A stretch of DNA of 64,000 nt from Scyliorhinus canicula (Eukaryota). The notes beneath the pieces were generated by a model that saw only the letters and a program-made list of their open reading frames with translations, did no database searches and was not told where the DNA came from. Below, piece after piece: positions 1 to 12,114 of the stretch. Each line of letters begins with the position of its first letter. Positions within the stretch are counted from its first letter, which is position 1. The stretch covers positions 372,001 to 436,000 of the forward strand of contig NW_024055479.1 of NCBI RefSeq assembly GCF_902713615.1. Reading direction: 5' to 3'. The translations under genes were made by a program, and so were the position numbers.

Positions 1-596
1 AATGTCTGACAGGTAGTTGTCCACTCGCTCTCCCTGAATACCAGGCAGGTTTCCATCAGGAAAGATCCCGGATTCTTGTTCCTGACAGACTGCCGGGGGT
101 CCTGTTAAGCAGAATGAATCTTAAAACAGAGTTTGGAGGGGATTCGAGAAATCGCAGGAGCTGACCACAACCAATCAAAGCAATCCGGGAACCGCAGATT
201 CAAGTAAAGAAATGGAAATTATGAAATACACTTTACTGATCTCGGCAGAAACAAGTGGACAATGAATTTAACACAAAAACCAAATATCGAATGAATAGAG
301 ACAAAAGAAAATTTTATAGACTCCGGATGTCTGTAAAATCCTGCAACCACAGGAAGCACATTCCCAGTGTAATCACTGTCGCGATGTTCGAAATCTGCTT
401 AACGCAGAGGACGGTGGAAATGTTTAATTCTCTGTCAGTAAGAGTTGTCATTCCGATCCTTGAGTAAAGGGCTTTCCTTATTGCCAAAGTGAGCCACATA
501 TTTTCCGGATAATTTGAAGACGTGGCAAATAACAACCAGAACATTTTGTAATGGAACGATGGACGCCCTTTTTCTGTTTCTCGCTCTTTATAGAAT

Positions 597-784
597 TTAC
601 AGTGCAGAAGGTGGCCATTCGGCCCATCGAGTCTGTACCGGCTCCTGGAAAGAGCACCCTAACCAAGGGTAACACCTCCACCCTATCCCCATAACCCAGT
701 AACCCCACCCAACACTAAGGGCAATTTTGGACACTAAGGGCAATTTATCATGGCCAATCCACCTAACCTGCACATCTTTGGACT
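597..784 (-). mobile_element. HE1/V-SINE-like SINE, 5'-truncated
   Basis: Reverse complement of the V-domain and CR1-derived tail (gggcaatttatcatggccaatccacctaacctgcacatctttggact), matching nine other copies in the window. Confidence 0.8.
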
Positions 785-1898
785 CTCTCTTATCTCTCTC
801 TTTACGATAAATTGAGGATCTATATTGGTCAGCAACATATGCCGTCTCATTCAGACTACCCAGTGACTTTGGACTACAATAATGGACAGAGTTCACTCCC
901 AGCCTCCTGTGCCATCCTACGCATCTCCCAGGTACTAGACCTCAGGTGGCGCTCGATGACCCTGGAATTCCCTCAGATTGGCCCATGACTTTTCCTGACA
1001 AAGTGCTGCAGTAGTTTCTATTGCCTCTTGCAGCATGGCTGACCAGAAAACTCTCCAGCTCTTACCACCTATCATTAGTCATATTGGAAGAACTTGCAAA
1101 CAGATAATCGTCGTGTGTGGCCAGGCAAGGAGCACAACCTCTGCAGCCATAAAGCCCTGGAGTGGCATTGAAACGCAGAACTTCCGGCCCAGAAGACGTG
1201 CTTCAGTGCCTGAGAATCCGCATTTCACATTTTTATTCTTGCCCTAAATGTGGTTGTGGTGAAGCGTCACAGATATTTCCTGTAATCTCAGTTGCCACCT
1301 GTAACAGCGGTGAACTAACTGACAGCCCTACAGGCTTAAACCAAAGAGAAGATCTCGGAACGTTAACTAGCGGAATTCTGTCTGTGAAACATCGATTCTC
1401 AATGTATTCCCGAATATTGCTGCAGGATATTTGTGAATTATTATCATCAAAGTGTTATTATTGCTTTGGTTGCTGTATCTGATGCCTTGTTCGTTGTTTT
1501 TCTTTTGCTATATTTTCTATTTAATATTGAGCGATATCACTTGTCTCAGTTTTCTGACGTGCCTTCTTATTGCCAAAGTCCATGTTCATTTGAATAAATA
1601 GTTGAACTGAAAAAACTCATAAAACAACTGATAAGTTTGGACGTTCATTTGGAAAGAATTGAAGTCTTGAAAGCTCGGTAAACATCAAACAAAGATGCTA
1701 AATAATGTAAATAAGCCATGTATCAAAAAGTGATTAATATTGTTCTGTGGGTTAATCTGTTAGTTATATCACTGGAAATAACATTTTTAATTCCAATAAA
1801 TCACGCGGATGAAAAACATTTGGTTCTACATTTTGTTGGGCTCATACTCATTTCCACTGCACACAAGCTGGTTGGCTCCACAGTTCTCAGGTTGAGTG

Positions 1899-1937
1899 AG
1901 TCCTTGTGCAGGTTCCTCATCTCTTTGTTTCACAGTG
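1899..1937 (-). other. 23-RSS
   Basis: cactgtg (1937-1931), 23-nt spacer, acaaggact (1907-1899). Confidence 0.8.
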
Positions 1938-2216
1938 TCTCACTGCACTGTAAACACCGCAGCATCTGACAGCACAACCGTGTTAACACTGAGAGTGATG
2001 CAACCTTTCTCACTGTCCACAGATACTTTAAACCTTCCCTCAATTCTTTCATCTCTGAATGTGGAGACCAGATTCTCGGGAGCCTGATTGGAGAACTGCC
2101 GGTACCAGAATACACATTCATTTCTAGCAAAGTCGCGTTGATATGAAGCGAGATGGTCGTTCATTCTGTTACCCGATACATCGATATGTGAAATGTCCCC
2201 GAGTGACAAGGAATAG
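1938..2216 (-). pseudogene. TCR alpha/delta-type V pseudogene
   Basis: Acceptor ttttaacag at 2217. Translation shows FWYRQ...RFKVSVDSEKGCITLSVNTVVLSDAAV. The YYC end is frameshifted with Cys changed to Ser. RSS follows. Confidence 0.85.
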
Positions 2217-2646
2217 CTGTTAAAACAAGAATAACATTAACGTTATGACACATACAGGGTCAATTAACTAAAGCGTTTGAGTACATAGGGAGAATAAACT
2301 AATCTATCTGTGTATCTACATATATATTCGCCTGCCCGCCTGTCTGTCCGTCCATCTATCCACCTACTGACAATCTGTCTCGCTACATATTTGTTTATCT
2401 AACTTTCTCTCCCATATCTGTCTACCTGGCATCTGAGAAAGTTCATTGTTCCGCCTGCCTCTGTGGAACTAACAAAACAAATAATATATTTCGACATTCT
2501 GCATCAATAATAAAGCTGATGGATATTGTAACTATCCAGGTGAAGGCTTAAATATGGGAAAGTAATCATTCTGATAATCAACGTCATTTCTAAAGGTTCT
2601 GGTTTGTGGAAATGTAAACGGGGCAGCAGACACCCGGCAGTGAACA

Positions 2647-2685
2647 AGATATTGTACAGCCGAATCCGCTCTGTGTCTCGCTGTG
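2647..2685 (-). other. 23-RSS
   Basis: cacagcg, 23-nt spacer, acaatatct. Confidence 0.8.
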
Positions 2686-3111
2686 TCTCCTTCGCACAGA
2701 GATACATTCCGGAGTCCTGGACCGCGCTGACATCTATACAGATGGTATTGGACTTCTTTGTTCTCTCCGAGGACAGGGTGTAGCGTCCTTTGGTCTCAGT
2801 CCCCTGGTAAATGGAGGCGATAAACGTGGGAGCCTCTGTCGGTGTCTGTCTGTACCAGGCTACGGTATCGCCTGTACCAATGGAGATCCTACAGTTCAGT
2901 TCAGCCCGATCCCCTTCCCGGGACACCACCTGCTCAGGGTGGGAGCTCTAATCCTCACACAGAACAGCTGGGAACAAAAGAAAATTCTCATAAGTACGCG
3001 GTGTTATAATATTGTTTTAAAAATGCATCAGATAAGAAAATAAACTCACCCAATATCAGCAGCATCAGCGCTCCAGCTGGAAACAGCTCTTTCCTGGGAT
3101 TCCTGGTCACG
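2686..3111 (-). pseudogene. TCR V pseudogene (leader plus V exon)
   Basis: Leader ...ALMLLIL-G|gtgagt (donor 3049) with probable ATG>GTG. Acceptor at 2968. In-frame TAG at 2950-2948. V reads LNC...VAWYRQ...DSGMYLCAKE. Confidence 0.85.
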
Positions 3112-5058
3112 ATGATGGAAGTGGACAAAAGGCGGATCAATCCGGGTCTGATTTCCAGACTGGGACTTGCTGCCGAGTCCGGGACTCAATGTTGTGCGGG
3201 TGAGGAGAGGAGAGAGCTTTACATTCTTCCCCAGAATGTGAGACTGATCCTCACCGATTGGACTATTATTGGATGTCTTTATTTGACGTTACACACAGTG
3301 CCATTGAGCGATTGGTTGTTTCTGAATTCATAGAGCGCGTGAACTGTCACTGATTGCGAACCTCTCTGCTTCCTGTGTGTAACACCAGGCTAACATGATT
3401 CATATAGTCAGTGCCCTATTGGCTTTCTAACTGAACAGAGCAATTGATTATCTAAACGTCATAATGTTTTACAGCCCAAACAGAGGGAATTCGGTCCATT
3501 ACTTCCGTACTGTCTCGCTGAAAGAATTATCCACTGTTTGTTTCAATACATTTCATTATTTTTACATTTCTATTTACTGGTCATATGTTTATCCACTTCT
3601 CTCTTAAGCTGACTGATGGATTCAGTTTTGGCACAGTTTCTCGTGCACTTGCTCCAGTTGCTCCAAGTCTCTGCTCAGGATTATTGTCTCTCATCCCTGC
3701 TTCACCTTTCCCAATCCCTCCCACACTCTGTGAAGTTAATACCAAATGAAATAAGAGCCACGGCACCGATTCATGTGTTTGAACAGCATTCCCAACAGTG
3801 ATCTGTACCTATTTATACTGTCTGTATCTGTTCTAATATCTGCATCGCTGTTGATAAAACCTGGATCCTTTAACTCTTTAACGTCCTCAGTAACGTGTAG
3901 CCAAATTTCTGCATTTGAACCCTGAATACTTTCTCCTCTTTGACTCATTATATTTACTTCTTAGTTCCTTCCTCATTCCATCTACTTTATGTATTTATAT
4001 GATAACAACAGACACAGCATTTACGGTTGTGCTTTAGATCATCAGCTCTGTTGTTCCGTGGTTATTCAATGCAGGAAATTATCTTCTGACGCAGACATAC
4101 AGATTCCTGCACAACTGTATTGTTTACAGAACCAGTGATAGGAAGGGGCCAGAGGCAGCGATGTCTCCAACAAAACAATCGGTTCAGATCGAGAGCAGCA
4201 AACGGAAGCTGTTGCCGGGGACACCACAGACTCTAAACTGATCAAACTGTGCGGCGGTTACCAGCTGCCGTCACAAGTGCTGGAGCGGAAATAGCGACGG
4301 TTGAACCTGCAGAATCTGTGACCAACCTGCACCTGCTCACTGCACAAGAGTCTGAGAACAAACAGTGTGGGAGTGACATTAACGGCACAGAATCATAGAG
4401 ATTTAGGGAACGGAATGAGGGTTCAATTTACCTGTGTTTATTTGGAAATGTTGTCCCAATCGCCTTTTACACCCCACATTACCCATGCTGCTTTCCCTTC
4501 TCAAGTTATTACAATTCGCTTTTGAAAGTTGCCGTTGAATCTTCTTTCTTCGGCATTCATGCGTGGAATTGCGGACGTTAACATACCTTAATGTAATAAA
4601 TAACATTCACCTAATTTTCCATGAAATCGGGATGATTTTGTCTGCTGCTTTTGGAAACAATCACTTGTGATCTATACTACCAAAAATACATCATTTTATC
4701 AGATCAATTGAGATCGCTTCTAATTTCTTTGTTAAAAAGAAATGAAAGCAAGCTTCGCCAACCTTGTGCAAAGATTGCATTATGCCTTCTATTCTGATAT
4801 ATAACGTCCGCACTTTCTCCGACTTCTTAACAATGTTCATACTTAGTCCTGCACAGGATTTGGCCAGAGCCGACATAGAATTCTACAGATTTAGTGTCAC
4901 TTGACATTTTGTATCATCTGACATGAACACCAACAGCACTAAAAGCTGAGTCTAAGAAACTCCAATTGGTGTTTCTGGGAACCATTCGTACCTTCTTGTG
5001 TGGTTCAGTGCTCGCGGAATTCTTTCAATCGCCGCATTCTAACAGCAATGAGATAAAT

Positions 5059-5104
5059 CCGGCAGCAGAGGGCGCCATGTTCAAACAGGGGCGTGATGAC
5101 GTCA
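5059..5104 (+). promoter_or_regulatory. CTCF-like motif and CRE upstream of a V leader
   Basis: ccggcagcagagggcgcca at 5059-5077 and TGACGTCA at 5097-5104, about 200-250 bp before the ATG at 5307. Confidence 0.6.
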
Positions 5105-5306
5105 TGGGGTTTGCACTGTCAAAGCCGATAGGTTTGGGAGACTTGGTGATGTCATAATGGGTTTGGTAGCCTGGGTGATGTCACAATGGGCCTGGCCCCC
5201 TGCATTGTGTGGGTGGAACAATGAACTGAACAGAGCCCGGGTTCCCTCTCTCCTCTCAATCTCTGACTCACCCAATTCCCATTCACTCACAGAGATTCAG
5301 CCAGAC

Positions 5307-6104
5307 ATGTTTCTGGCGGTAAGTACTGGATAATGTTCACCATGTCAGATTAGCTGACAATAGATTGTAATAATTAATGATCAGAAATGTCTGTCTGGTG
5401 GGTAGAGTGGAGGTTCCACAAACCCACACATTTACAAACAAATTTAGGTCACTTATGTTTAAACTCTTGATATTTAATTCCTCCACTATCGCAGGCGGAC
5501 AATGCGCAGATCCAGTAACTCAGTCACCGGTGACAAAACCCGTATCAGAAGGGGATTCGGTGCAATTCCATTGCCAATATTCAGAGCCGGACACTCGCTA
5601 CATCCAATGGTATCATAAGGAAGCGGCACAGCCACCAATCTGGATTATTCGTAATGTATTAACTCTGAAGAAAGATGCAGTTTCAGGACGACATCTGGCG
5701 GCTGCTGACAAGCCTGAACAGTAACCGTACCTCAATATAACCGTTAAGGCAGCACGGTCGCATGGTGGTTAGCATCAATGCTTCACAGCTCCCGGGTCCA
5801 CGGTTCGATTCCCGGCTGGGTCACTGCATGTGCGGAGTCTGCACGTCCTCCCCGTGTGTGCGTGGGTTTCCTCCCACAGTCCAAAAATGTGCGGGTTAGG
5901 TGGATTGGCCAGGCTAATTTGCCCTTAGTGTCCTAAAAATAATGTTAATGGGGGTTGTTGGGTTACTGGTGGATACGTGGGCTTGAGTAGGGTGATCATT
6001 GCTCAGCACAACATTGAGGGCCGAAGGGCCTGTTCTGTGCTGTACTGTTCAAATTAAGCGCCCTCAGTATGGAGGGCTGAGCGGTCAATTACTATGCAGT
6101 GAGG
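5307..6104 (+). pseudogene. TCR V pseudogene (family A), split by a SINE
   Basis: Leader shortened to 12 nt versus 34 nt in the paralog at 48020. V exon from 5495 reads DPVTQSP...FHC...WYHK, stops at TAA 5722-5724, is interrupted by a SINE at 5749-6050 and resumes to YYAVR (Cys lost). Heptamer is catagcg. Confidence 0.9.
5749..6050 (+). mobile_element. HE1/V-SINE-like SINE inserted in a V exon
   Basis: tRNA-like head (ggcagcacgg...ggttcgattcc), V-domain and tail. Flanked by ttaag at 5744-5748 and 6054-6058. Confidence 0.9.
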
Positions 6105-7248
6105 CATAGCGTTGGCTATGACCATAACGACCCGGAGAAAAACCTCAGCGAGTATTTACTGGACAGCCAAACTTTATTTAGTGTCATTGCTTGCGGGAAT
6201 AATTTCACGAAGCAGTCAGGTCTATCTATCGCAGTTATACTGCTGTCTCTGTTCAAGTCAACAGAGAGGCAGTTTGGTAAATCATAAGTCTCATCTCCAT
6301 GCGGCGATTTCCACAGTAAATTTAAACTTGAAATGCCCAGTACGAGCAGAGGTAGTGAAAACTATCTGATGTGGAGCTAATAATACCGAAAATTATGGAT
6401 ATTCTTTCCAAAACTTAACTCAGGTGGGCCCAAGGCCGCTGAGTCTCCGCCATCCCATCCTGTAATGAACCTGAAAATGTGAGAAAGTCTGCAATGCACA
6501 ATAACTATTTCAACAGAGCATCACCGAGCAACACGATTATTATTATCGTGCAGGACCATGTGAAGTTTTGGTGTACGGTTTAGCCTTCAACAAAAATATA
6601 ACATTTTCGATCGATGTCGACCATTTCTGCCCAATGTTAAGGCGCCATTCAGGTCAGGGGCAGACTTTACCAGCTAAGAGACGGAGAAGCAGGTTGAGTG
6701 CGTCCCAGGGGCTATGACGACACCAGCAGTTAGAAAACACCGGAAGCGCCGCAGATGTGAATTTGTGCGGCCCACACAGCTCCTCACATTCTCACACTTG
6801 CTGCACTCTCGCAGTTGTTGATTAATCTGCCATTGACTGCTCCTCCAGACATATCTTTTCTTTATTTGTTTCTTCCATTTCTCTGACAGAGAGGCTGGCA
6901 CAGACACGGCGGCACGAATGGCCTCATTCTGTGGTGTAATCATTCTCTGATTCGACGCGAACCTCACCCTGTGCCCAGCGAACCCAGGGCCTTTTCTCAT
7001 TTAATCTCCCCTATTAGAGCCTTTTCCTGTTGTTCTGTTTCCTGCCTCCGGGGGTTCACTTGGTTAAAACGTCCGACATTTCTAACCTGTCCCGGTTTTA
7101 ATAAAAGGTGACGGTGAAAGACGAACTTTGTTTTCCTGTCGACAAATGCCGCCTGAGTCCCTGAGTAGTTCCAGTATGTACGGCTTTCTCCGCAGAGGTT
7201 ACATCGACTTTCTATGGCAATGACAGTATGCTGCGGTTACTTCCCAGT

Positions 7249-7338
7249 GGCTCGTTGGTCTAGGGGTATGATTCTCGCTTCGGGTTTTTGAGTCTCGGAA
7301 TTTGCGAGAGGTCCCGGGTTCAAATCCCAGACGAGCCC
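7249..7338 (+). tRNA. tRNA-Pro-CGG: tRNA-Pro(CGG) with an 18-nt intron at 37/38
   Basis: Exons match the vertebrate Pro consensus GGCTCGTTGGTCTAGGGGTATGATTCTCGCTTCGGG/TGCGAGAGGTCCCGGGTTCAAATCCC(a)GACGAGCCC. Insert at 7285-7302. One T-stem mismatch. Confidence 0.85.
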
Positions 7339-8087
7339 TTTAATGAGGTTTTCTATTGGTCAATGTTTTCTTCATTTCTTTGCAGCGAAGACGGCGGGAT
7401 TCATTCACATTGGGGTTGCTTTGAGAAGCTGAGCTCACACTGCATGGAACCAATACGTTCCCAAGAGAACCAAGACATTTTCGAAAGGCTTGTCTATGAG
7501 TTCACACTTATCTCTATTCACTAATTCTGGTGGATTCAGGCACCTCTCTGTCTGTTTCATTTGTTTCAGTTCAACAACTTCAGACTGTGAACTCTCTCCT
7601 CCCCCCCACCACCCTGCTTCCCTTTCTTCTGCCATTAACACATTCTGACCGCTTGATGCTGCCATTTCGCTCCCCAAAGGCTGTCAGACCTGCTGAGACT
7701 GTCCAGTATTTTCTGTTCTTGTTTCCGTTTGAAGCATCCGCAGTAAATTGCATTTGTCATACATTTAGACATGTTTGAGATGGCGATTAAATATGTTCAT
7801 TTGTAAATCGCTGAAATTCTGTTGTGGATGAACTAGCTGCTAATATCCGAGCTGTGCCAAGGTATGAAAATTTTTCACCTCTGATTGCCTGCCGAAAATT
7901 CAGTGCTTGGGCCTTAATATTCAATTCAGTTTAGTGGCTCATGTGAGACGAAATCTCATAGTCCTGGAACACACGAGATTCCGGCAACATTCAGGAACAT
8001 TCGGCCTCTCAGCCGAACCATGCGAAGCTGCAATAAGGCCGTTGAGTTGAAGGTGACACAGGTCCGTTGGAGTGTGCGCTGCCAGCT

Positions 8088-8160
8088 GTTTCTGTAGTGT
8101 AGTGGTTGTCACATTCGCTTTACATGCGAATGGTCCCCAGTTCGAAACCGGTCAGAAACA
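8088..8160 (+). tRNA. tRNA-Val-like (anticodon TAC), probably a pseudogene
   Basis: Val-AAC/CAC-type body with TAC at 8121-8123. Two T-stem mismatches. Confidence 0.75.
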
Positions 8161-8256
8161 TCAAGGTGTTTCCAGATTTGTCCTATCGCTAAATATTACC
8201 TCAATCTCGTAACTGGTCTTCATCATCGAGGAATAACAAAAGCCTATAACTGCTGT

Positions 8257-8330
8257 GGGCCAGTGGCGCAATGGATAACGCGTCTGACTACAAATCAGGA
8301 GATTCCAGGTTTCGACACCTGGCTGGCTCG
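8257..8330 (+). tRNA. tRNA-Arg(ACG)-derived gene with anticodon ACA, probable pseudogene
   Basis: GGGCCAGTGGCGCAATGGATAACGCGTCTGACT-ACA-AATC..., with a 1-nt insertion in the B box. Confidence 0.75.
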
Positions 8331-8664
8331 CAGTTCCTAGTTTTGGCGTCCCCTTTCGTTCAGTGGGTTGGACAGCTGGTTCCCGAAGCAGAGCAAAGTG
8401 AGCAGGGCATCATCAGTTCTCGTTTCAGCTGTGGTTACTTATGAAAGCCCTGCCCTCTCAATTTCACTTCAAGCAAAACATAACTTACCTCCAGTTCAGC
8501 AAAGTTCAATATCTGATCCTTTGATAAGTTGAGACATCAGTACTGTATTAAAGAAACTGCTTCTTGTAATAAGTTACATGGCCTCTCAGCGGAACCATTA
8601 GAAGCTGCAGCACCACATTGAGGTTCAACATTACACACGTCCACTGATGGCAAGGCTTCCAGCG

Positions 8665-8737
8665 GTTTCTGTAGTGTAGTGGTTATCACATTCGCCTAAT
8701 ACGCGAAAGGTCCCCGGTTCGAAACCGCGCAGAAAAA
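8665..8737 (+). tRNA. tRNA-Val(AAC)-derived gene with anticodon AAT, probable pseudogene
   Basis: Val body with intact A and B boxes, AAT at 8698-8700, mismatches in the acceptor and T stems. Confidence 0.75.
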
Positions 8738-9009
8738 TCCCTTGCGGCTCATTTTGTGTGATGAATGTTTACACAAAATACCTTTCTTCCTCAATCTCGC
8801 ACGTTCGAGGAACATGAGATTTGGTCTCGCATGAGATATTAAAATTCCTGCAACAAAGTCAGAAATGCTGAATTTTCAAGACGCCAGGGAAAGAAAAGCC
8901 TTTCCTACTTTGCCACGATTCGGATATTAGCAGTTTGTTCATCCACCACAGAATCTATTGGATTTACAGATGCAGATGAACATATTTAATCTCCATTTCA
9001 AACATGCCT

Positions 9010-9865
9010 AAATGTACGATAAAAGCAACTTACTGCGGATGCGTCAATGGGAAACAAAAACAGAAAACACAGGACAGTGTCAGCAGGTCTGACAGCCTCT
9101 GTGGAGAGAGATGGCAAGTGTCGTTTCGAGTCTGGGTGACTCTTTGTTGATGCTGGACAACTGGATTTTGGTCAGGTGTAGACTGACGGTGTGTGTGGGG
9201 GAAGGGGCGGGGGGGGAAGGGGCGGGGGGGGGGGGGGGGTTGGGGGGAGCGTGAAGCATTTGGCTTCGAAAGACGGCCAGCGATGGGTGGAGGATATCAA
9301 AAATGTGTTTACCGAAAGAAAAAGGGAATGTAAATGTTTCTAATCTATGTTAAGAACTGTGCTGACAGAGGCGATTAGAAGATTAGAATGTGTTAATGGC
9401 AGAGGACAGTGAGGAACAGGGCCGGATTTCCCAAGCGGGATGCGATTGGCTAGGGGAATGGGGGGGGGGGGGGGGGGGGGGAGACAATGGGAGAGGAAGA
9501 CATATCAATAGAAGCAATGAAAATAAGTTGATGGAAATAAACATGTGGGGAAGTGGGAAGAGTGATTACACGGTGCGAAGTTGTTGAGCGTACTGTAAAA
9601 TCCACAAGGCTGTACCGTGCCTTTTCGGAGGATGGGGGCTGTTCCTCGGCGTTGTGCTGAGCTACATGGGAACATTGCAGCAGGCCAAGGTCGGACATGT
9701 GGCCATGAGAGCAGGACAGTGAGTTCAAATAGCAAGCCACAGGAGAGTCTGCCGCCAGCTTGTCGATGGAGCGAAGGTGTTTTGCAAAGCGGTCATCCAG
9801 TCGGCATTTAGTCTCTCCAATGCAGAGTAGATGGCATTGGGATCAGCAAATGCAACAGGTCAGAT
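9010..9865 (-). mobile_element. Degenerate Penelope-like element (family 2), GIY-YIG C-terminus and 3' terminal repeat
   Basis: Minus strand reads like ...IGETK(R)RLDDRFAKHLRS...PVACYLNS...HMSDLGLLQCS, followed by a terminal-repeat segment (gcagatgaac...tcagcaggtctgacagc). Confidence 0.7.
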
Positions 9866-10148
9866 TGAAGGATGTCTTATAGTCATGTGTACTCAAAAGG
9901 ACAGGCACAAACTGACTTAGAGGAAATCCCAGCTTTGGGAAAGAAAAATTCTCTTTCTGATGGAGAAACATGAAAAGCCACTGTGGGAATCCAGGCTCAA
10001 AGTTGATTTGTTATCACCCCTCCTTCCTTATATTTGAAAGGTATTTAGGCTGTAGCATGTGACACACCGAAGAACAAAGAGGTCTAATATAAGAAACACA
10101 TAATTGTCCATTCTTAAACTCAACTTAGCAAAAGTCATGTACTGCTGT

Positions 10149-10221
10149 GGGCCAGTGGCGCAATGGATAACGCGTCTGACTACGAATCAAGAGATTCCAG
10201 GCCTGACTACCGGCTGGCTCT
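10149..10221 (+). pseudogene. tRNA-Arg(ACG) pseudogene
   Basis: 5' half and ACG are intact; the T loop/B box has decayed to gcctgactac. Confidence 0.75.
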
Positions 10222-10559
10222 GAGTTCAGAATATTGGCGTGCGTTTCCACTCAGTGGGTTGGACAGCTGATTCTTGATGCAGACCAAAGTGAGCAGGGCA
10301 TCATCAATTCTCCTATCGGGTGCAGTTATTTATGAAAGCCCTGCCCTCTCAATTTAACTTCCACTTCAAGCAAAACATAACTTATCTTCAGGTTAGTAAA
10401 GTTCGATATCTGATGATTTTATAAGTTGAGATATCGGTTTGATAGAAACGGCTGTCTTCTTGTAATAAATGACATGGCCTCTAGCCGAACCATAAGAAGC
10501 TGAAGCAACACAGTGAGGTTGAACATTGCACAAGTCCATTGATCGGTGCACTGCCAGCG

Positions 10560-10632
10560 GTTTCTGTAGTGTATTGGTTATCACATTCCCCTCACACGCG
10601 AAAAGTCCCCGCGTCGATAGCGGGTAGAAACA
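10560..10632 (+). pseudogene. tRNA-Val(CAC) pseudogene
   Basis: Val body with CAC at 10593-10595 and a decayed B box. Confidence 0.7.
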
Positions 10633-10904
10633 TCAAGTGCTTCTCATGTTGTGTGAGGAATTTTTTGCACAATGTACTTGTTCCCCGATCTCGTATGTCC
10701 GAGGATTATGAGGTTTAGTCTCTCCTGAGACACTGAAATAATTTGAACATTAAGTCACAAGTATTGAATTTTCGACAGGCAATGAGAAGAAAGGGATCTT
10801 CCTATTTTGGATTTTCTGAGCGAGTTCATCCACAACAGAATTTTATGCATTTACAAATGCAGATGAACATATTTATTCACCACCACAAACATGTCTAAAT
10901 GAAC

Positions 10905-11400
10905 GACAAATGCAACATACTGGGGATGCTTCAATCAGAAACAAAAACAGAAAATTCGGGACATTTTCAGCAGGTCTGACAGCCTCTGGGGAGCGAAATG
11001 GCAGCTGCCGTTCCGAGTCTGGGTGACGCTTTGTCAAAGTTGGAGAACTGGAAATAGAGTCAGATTCAGACTATTGTGGCTGGGGCGGGGTGGCGTGCCG
11101 TATTGGGCCTCGACAGAGTGGTCAGCAACAGATGGAAAATGACGAAAATGTCTCGGACAAAAAGAAAAAGGAAATGTAAATGAGGCTAATCAAGGCTATG
11201 AAAGGTGCTGATGGCGCATCAAGCGGTCAGAATGTGTTAATGGCAGAACAAAGGTAAGCAGTGTGTCAGAGAACAATTACAAACAGGGATCAGATTGCTG
11301 AAGTAGGATGGTATGGGCTGGGGGGAGGGGGCAATGCTGAGGGTAAAACATATCAATGGAAGGAATGAAAATCAATTGATGGAAATAAATTGGTGGTGGA
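10905..11400 (-). mobile_element. Penelope family 2 terminal-repeat remnant (duplicated with the tRNA cassette)
   Basis: Homologous to 9010-9550. Confidence 0.55.
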
Positions 11401-11674
11401 GGGGAAGGAGAGAGTTCACAGTCTGAAGTTGCTGATCTTAATAAACTGAAACAGACAGAGAGCTGCCTGAATCCACCAGAATTAGTCAATAGAGATAAGT
11501 GAATACTGTATCCACTCATAGCCAAGCTTTTCGAAAATGTTTCGATTTTCTCGGGAACGCCTTCATTCCCTGCAGCATGAGCTCAGCTTCTCAAAGCAAA
11601 CCCAATGTGAATGAATCCCGCCGCAAAGAAATGAGCAAAACTGTCGCTTGGTTTAATGTTTAAATGTTTAATGT

Positions 11675-12114
11675 CAAGGGCATTCAGCCTCTGCTCTCCG
11701 TGTAAGCGTTCTCCAAGGCGGTCTTCAGGACACTCGACAACGCAGAATTGCCGAGCAAAAACTTATAGCTAAGTTCCACACGCATGAGTGCGGCCTCAAC
11801 AGGGATCTTAGATTCATGTCGCATTACATCCACCCCCCCACCATCTGGCCTGGACTTGCAAAATCCTACCAACTGTTCTGGCTTGAGACAATTCACACCT
11901 CTTTAACCTGGGGTTACCCCCTATCTCTGGATCTGTAATGATTTGATTACCTGCAAATGCTCGCATTCCAAGCATTGTCCAGCATCTCTGACTTTGTCTA
12001 TATAAATGTTTCTGGATCATACCTCTCCATTCACCTGAGGAAGGAGCAGTGCTCCGAAAGCTCGTGTTTGAAACAAACCTGTTGGACTTTAACCTGGTGT
12101 TGTAAGACTTCTTA
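11675..12114 (+). mobile_element. Penelope-like element (family 1) 3' fragment
   Basis: Matches the terminal repeats of the element at 60658-62238. It interrupts the inverted tRNA cassette. Confidence 0.85.
12032..12066 (+). ncRNA. Minimal type-I hammerhead ribozyme motif
   Basis: CAC-CTGAGGA-A-GGAGC(agt)GCTCC-GAAA-GC-TC^GTG. Confidence 0.75.

Noticed and set aside
350-560. V-like remnant on the minus strand resembling the 32396 family
   Set aside because: Only loose peptide similarity; no Cys, Trp-Tyr or RSS.
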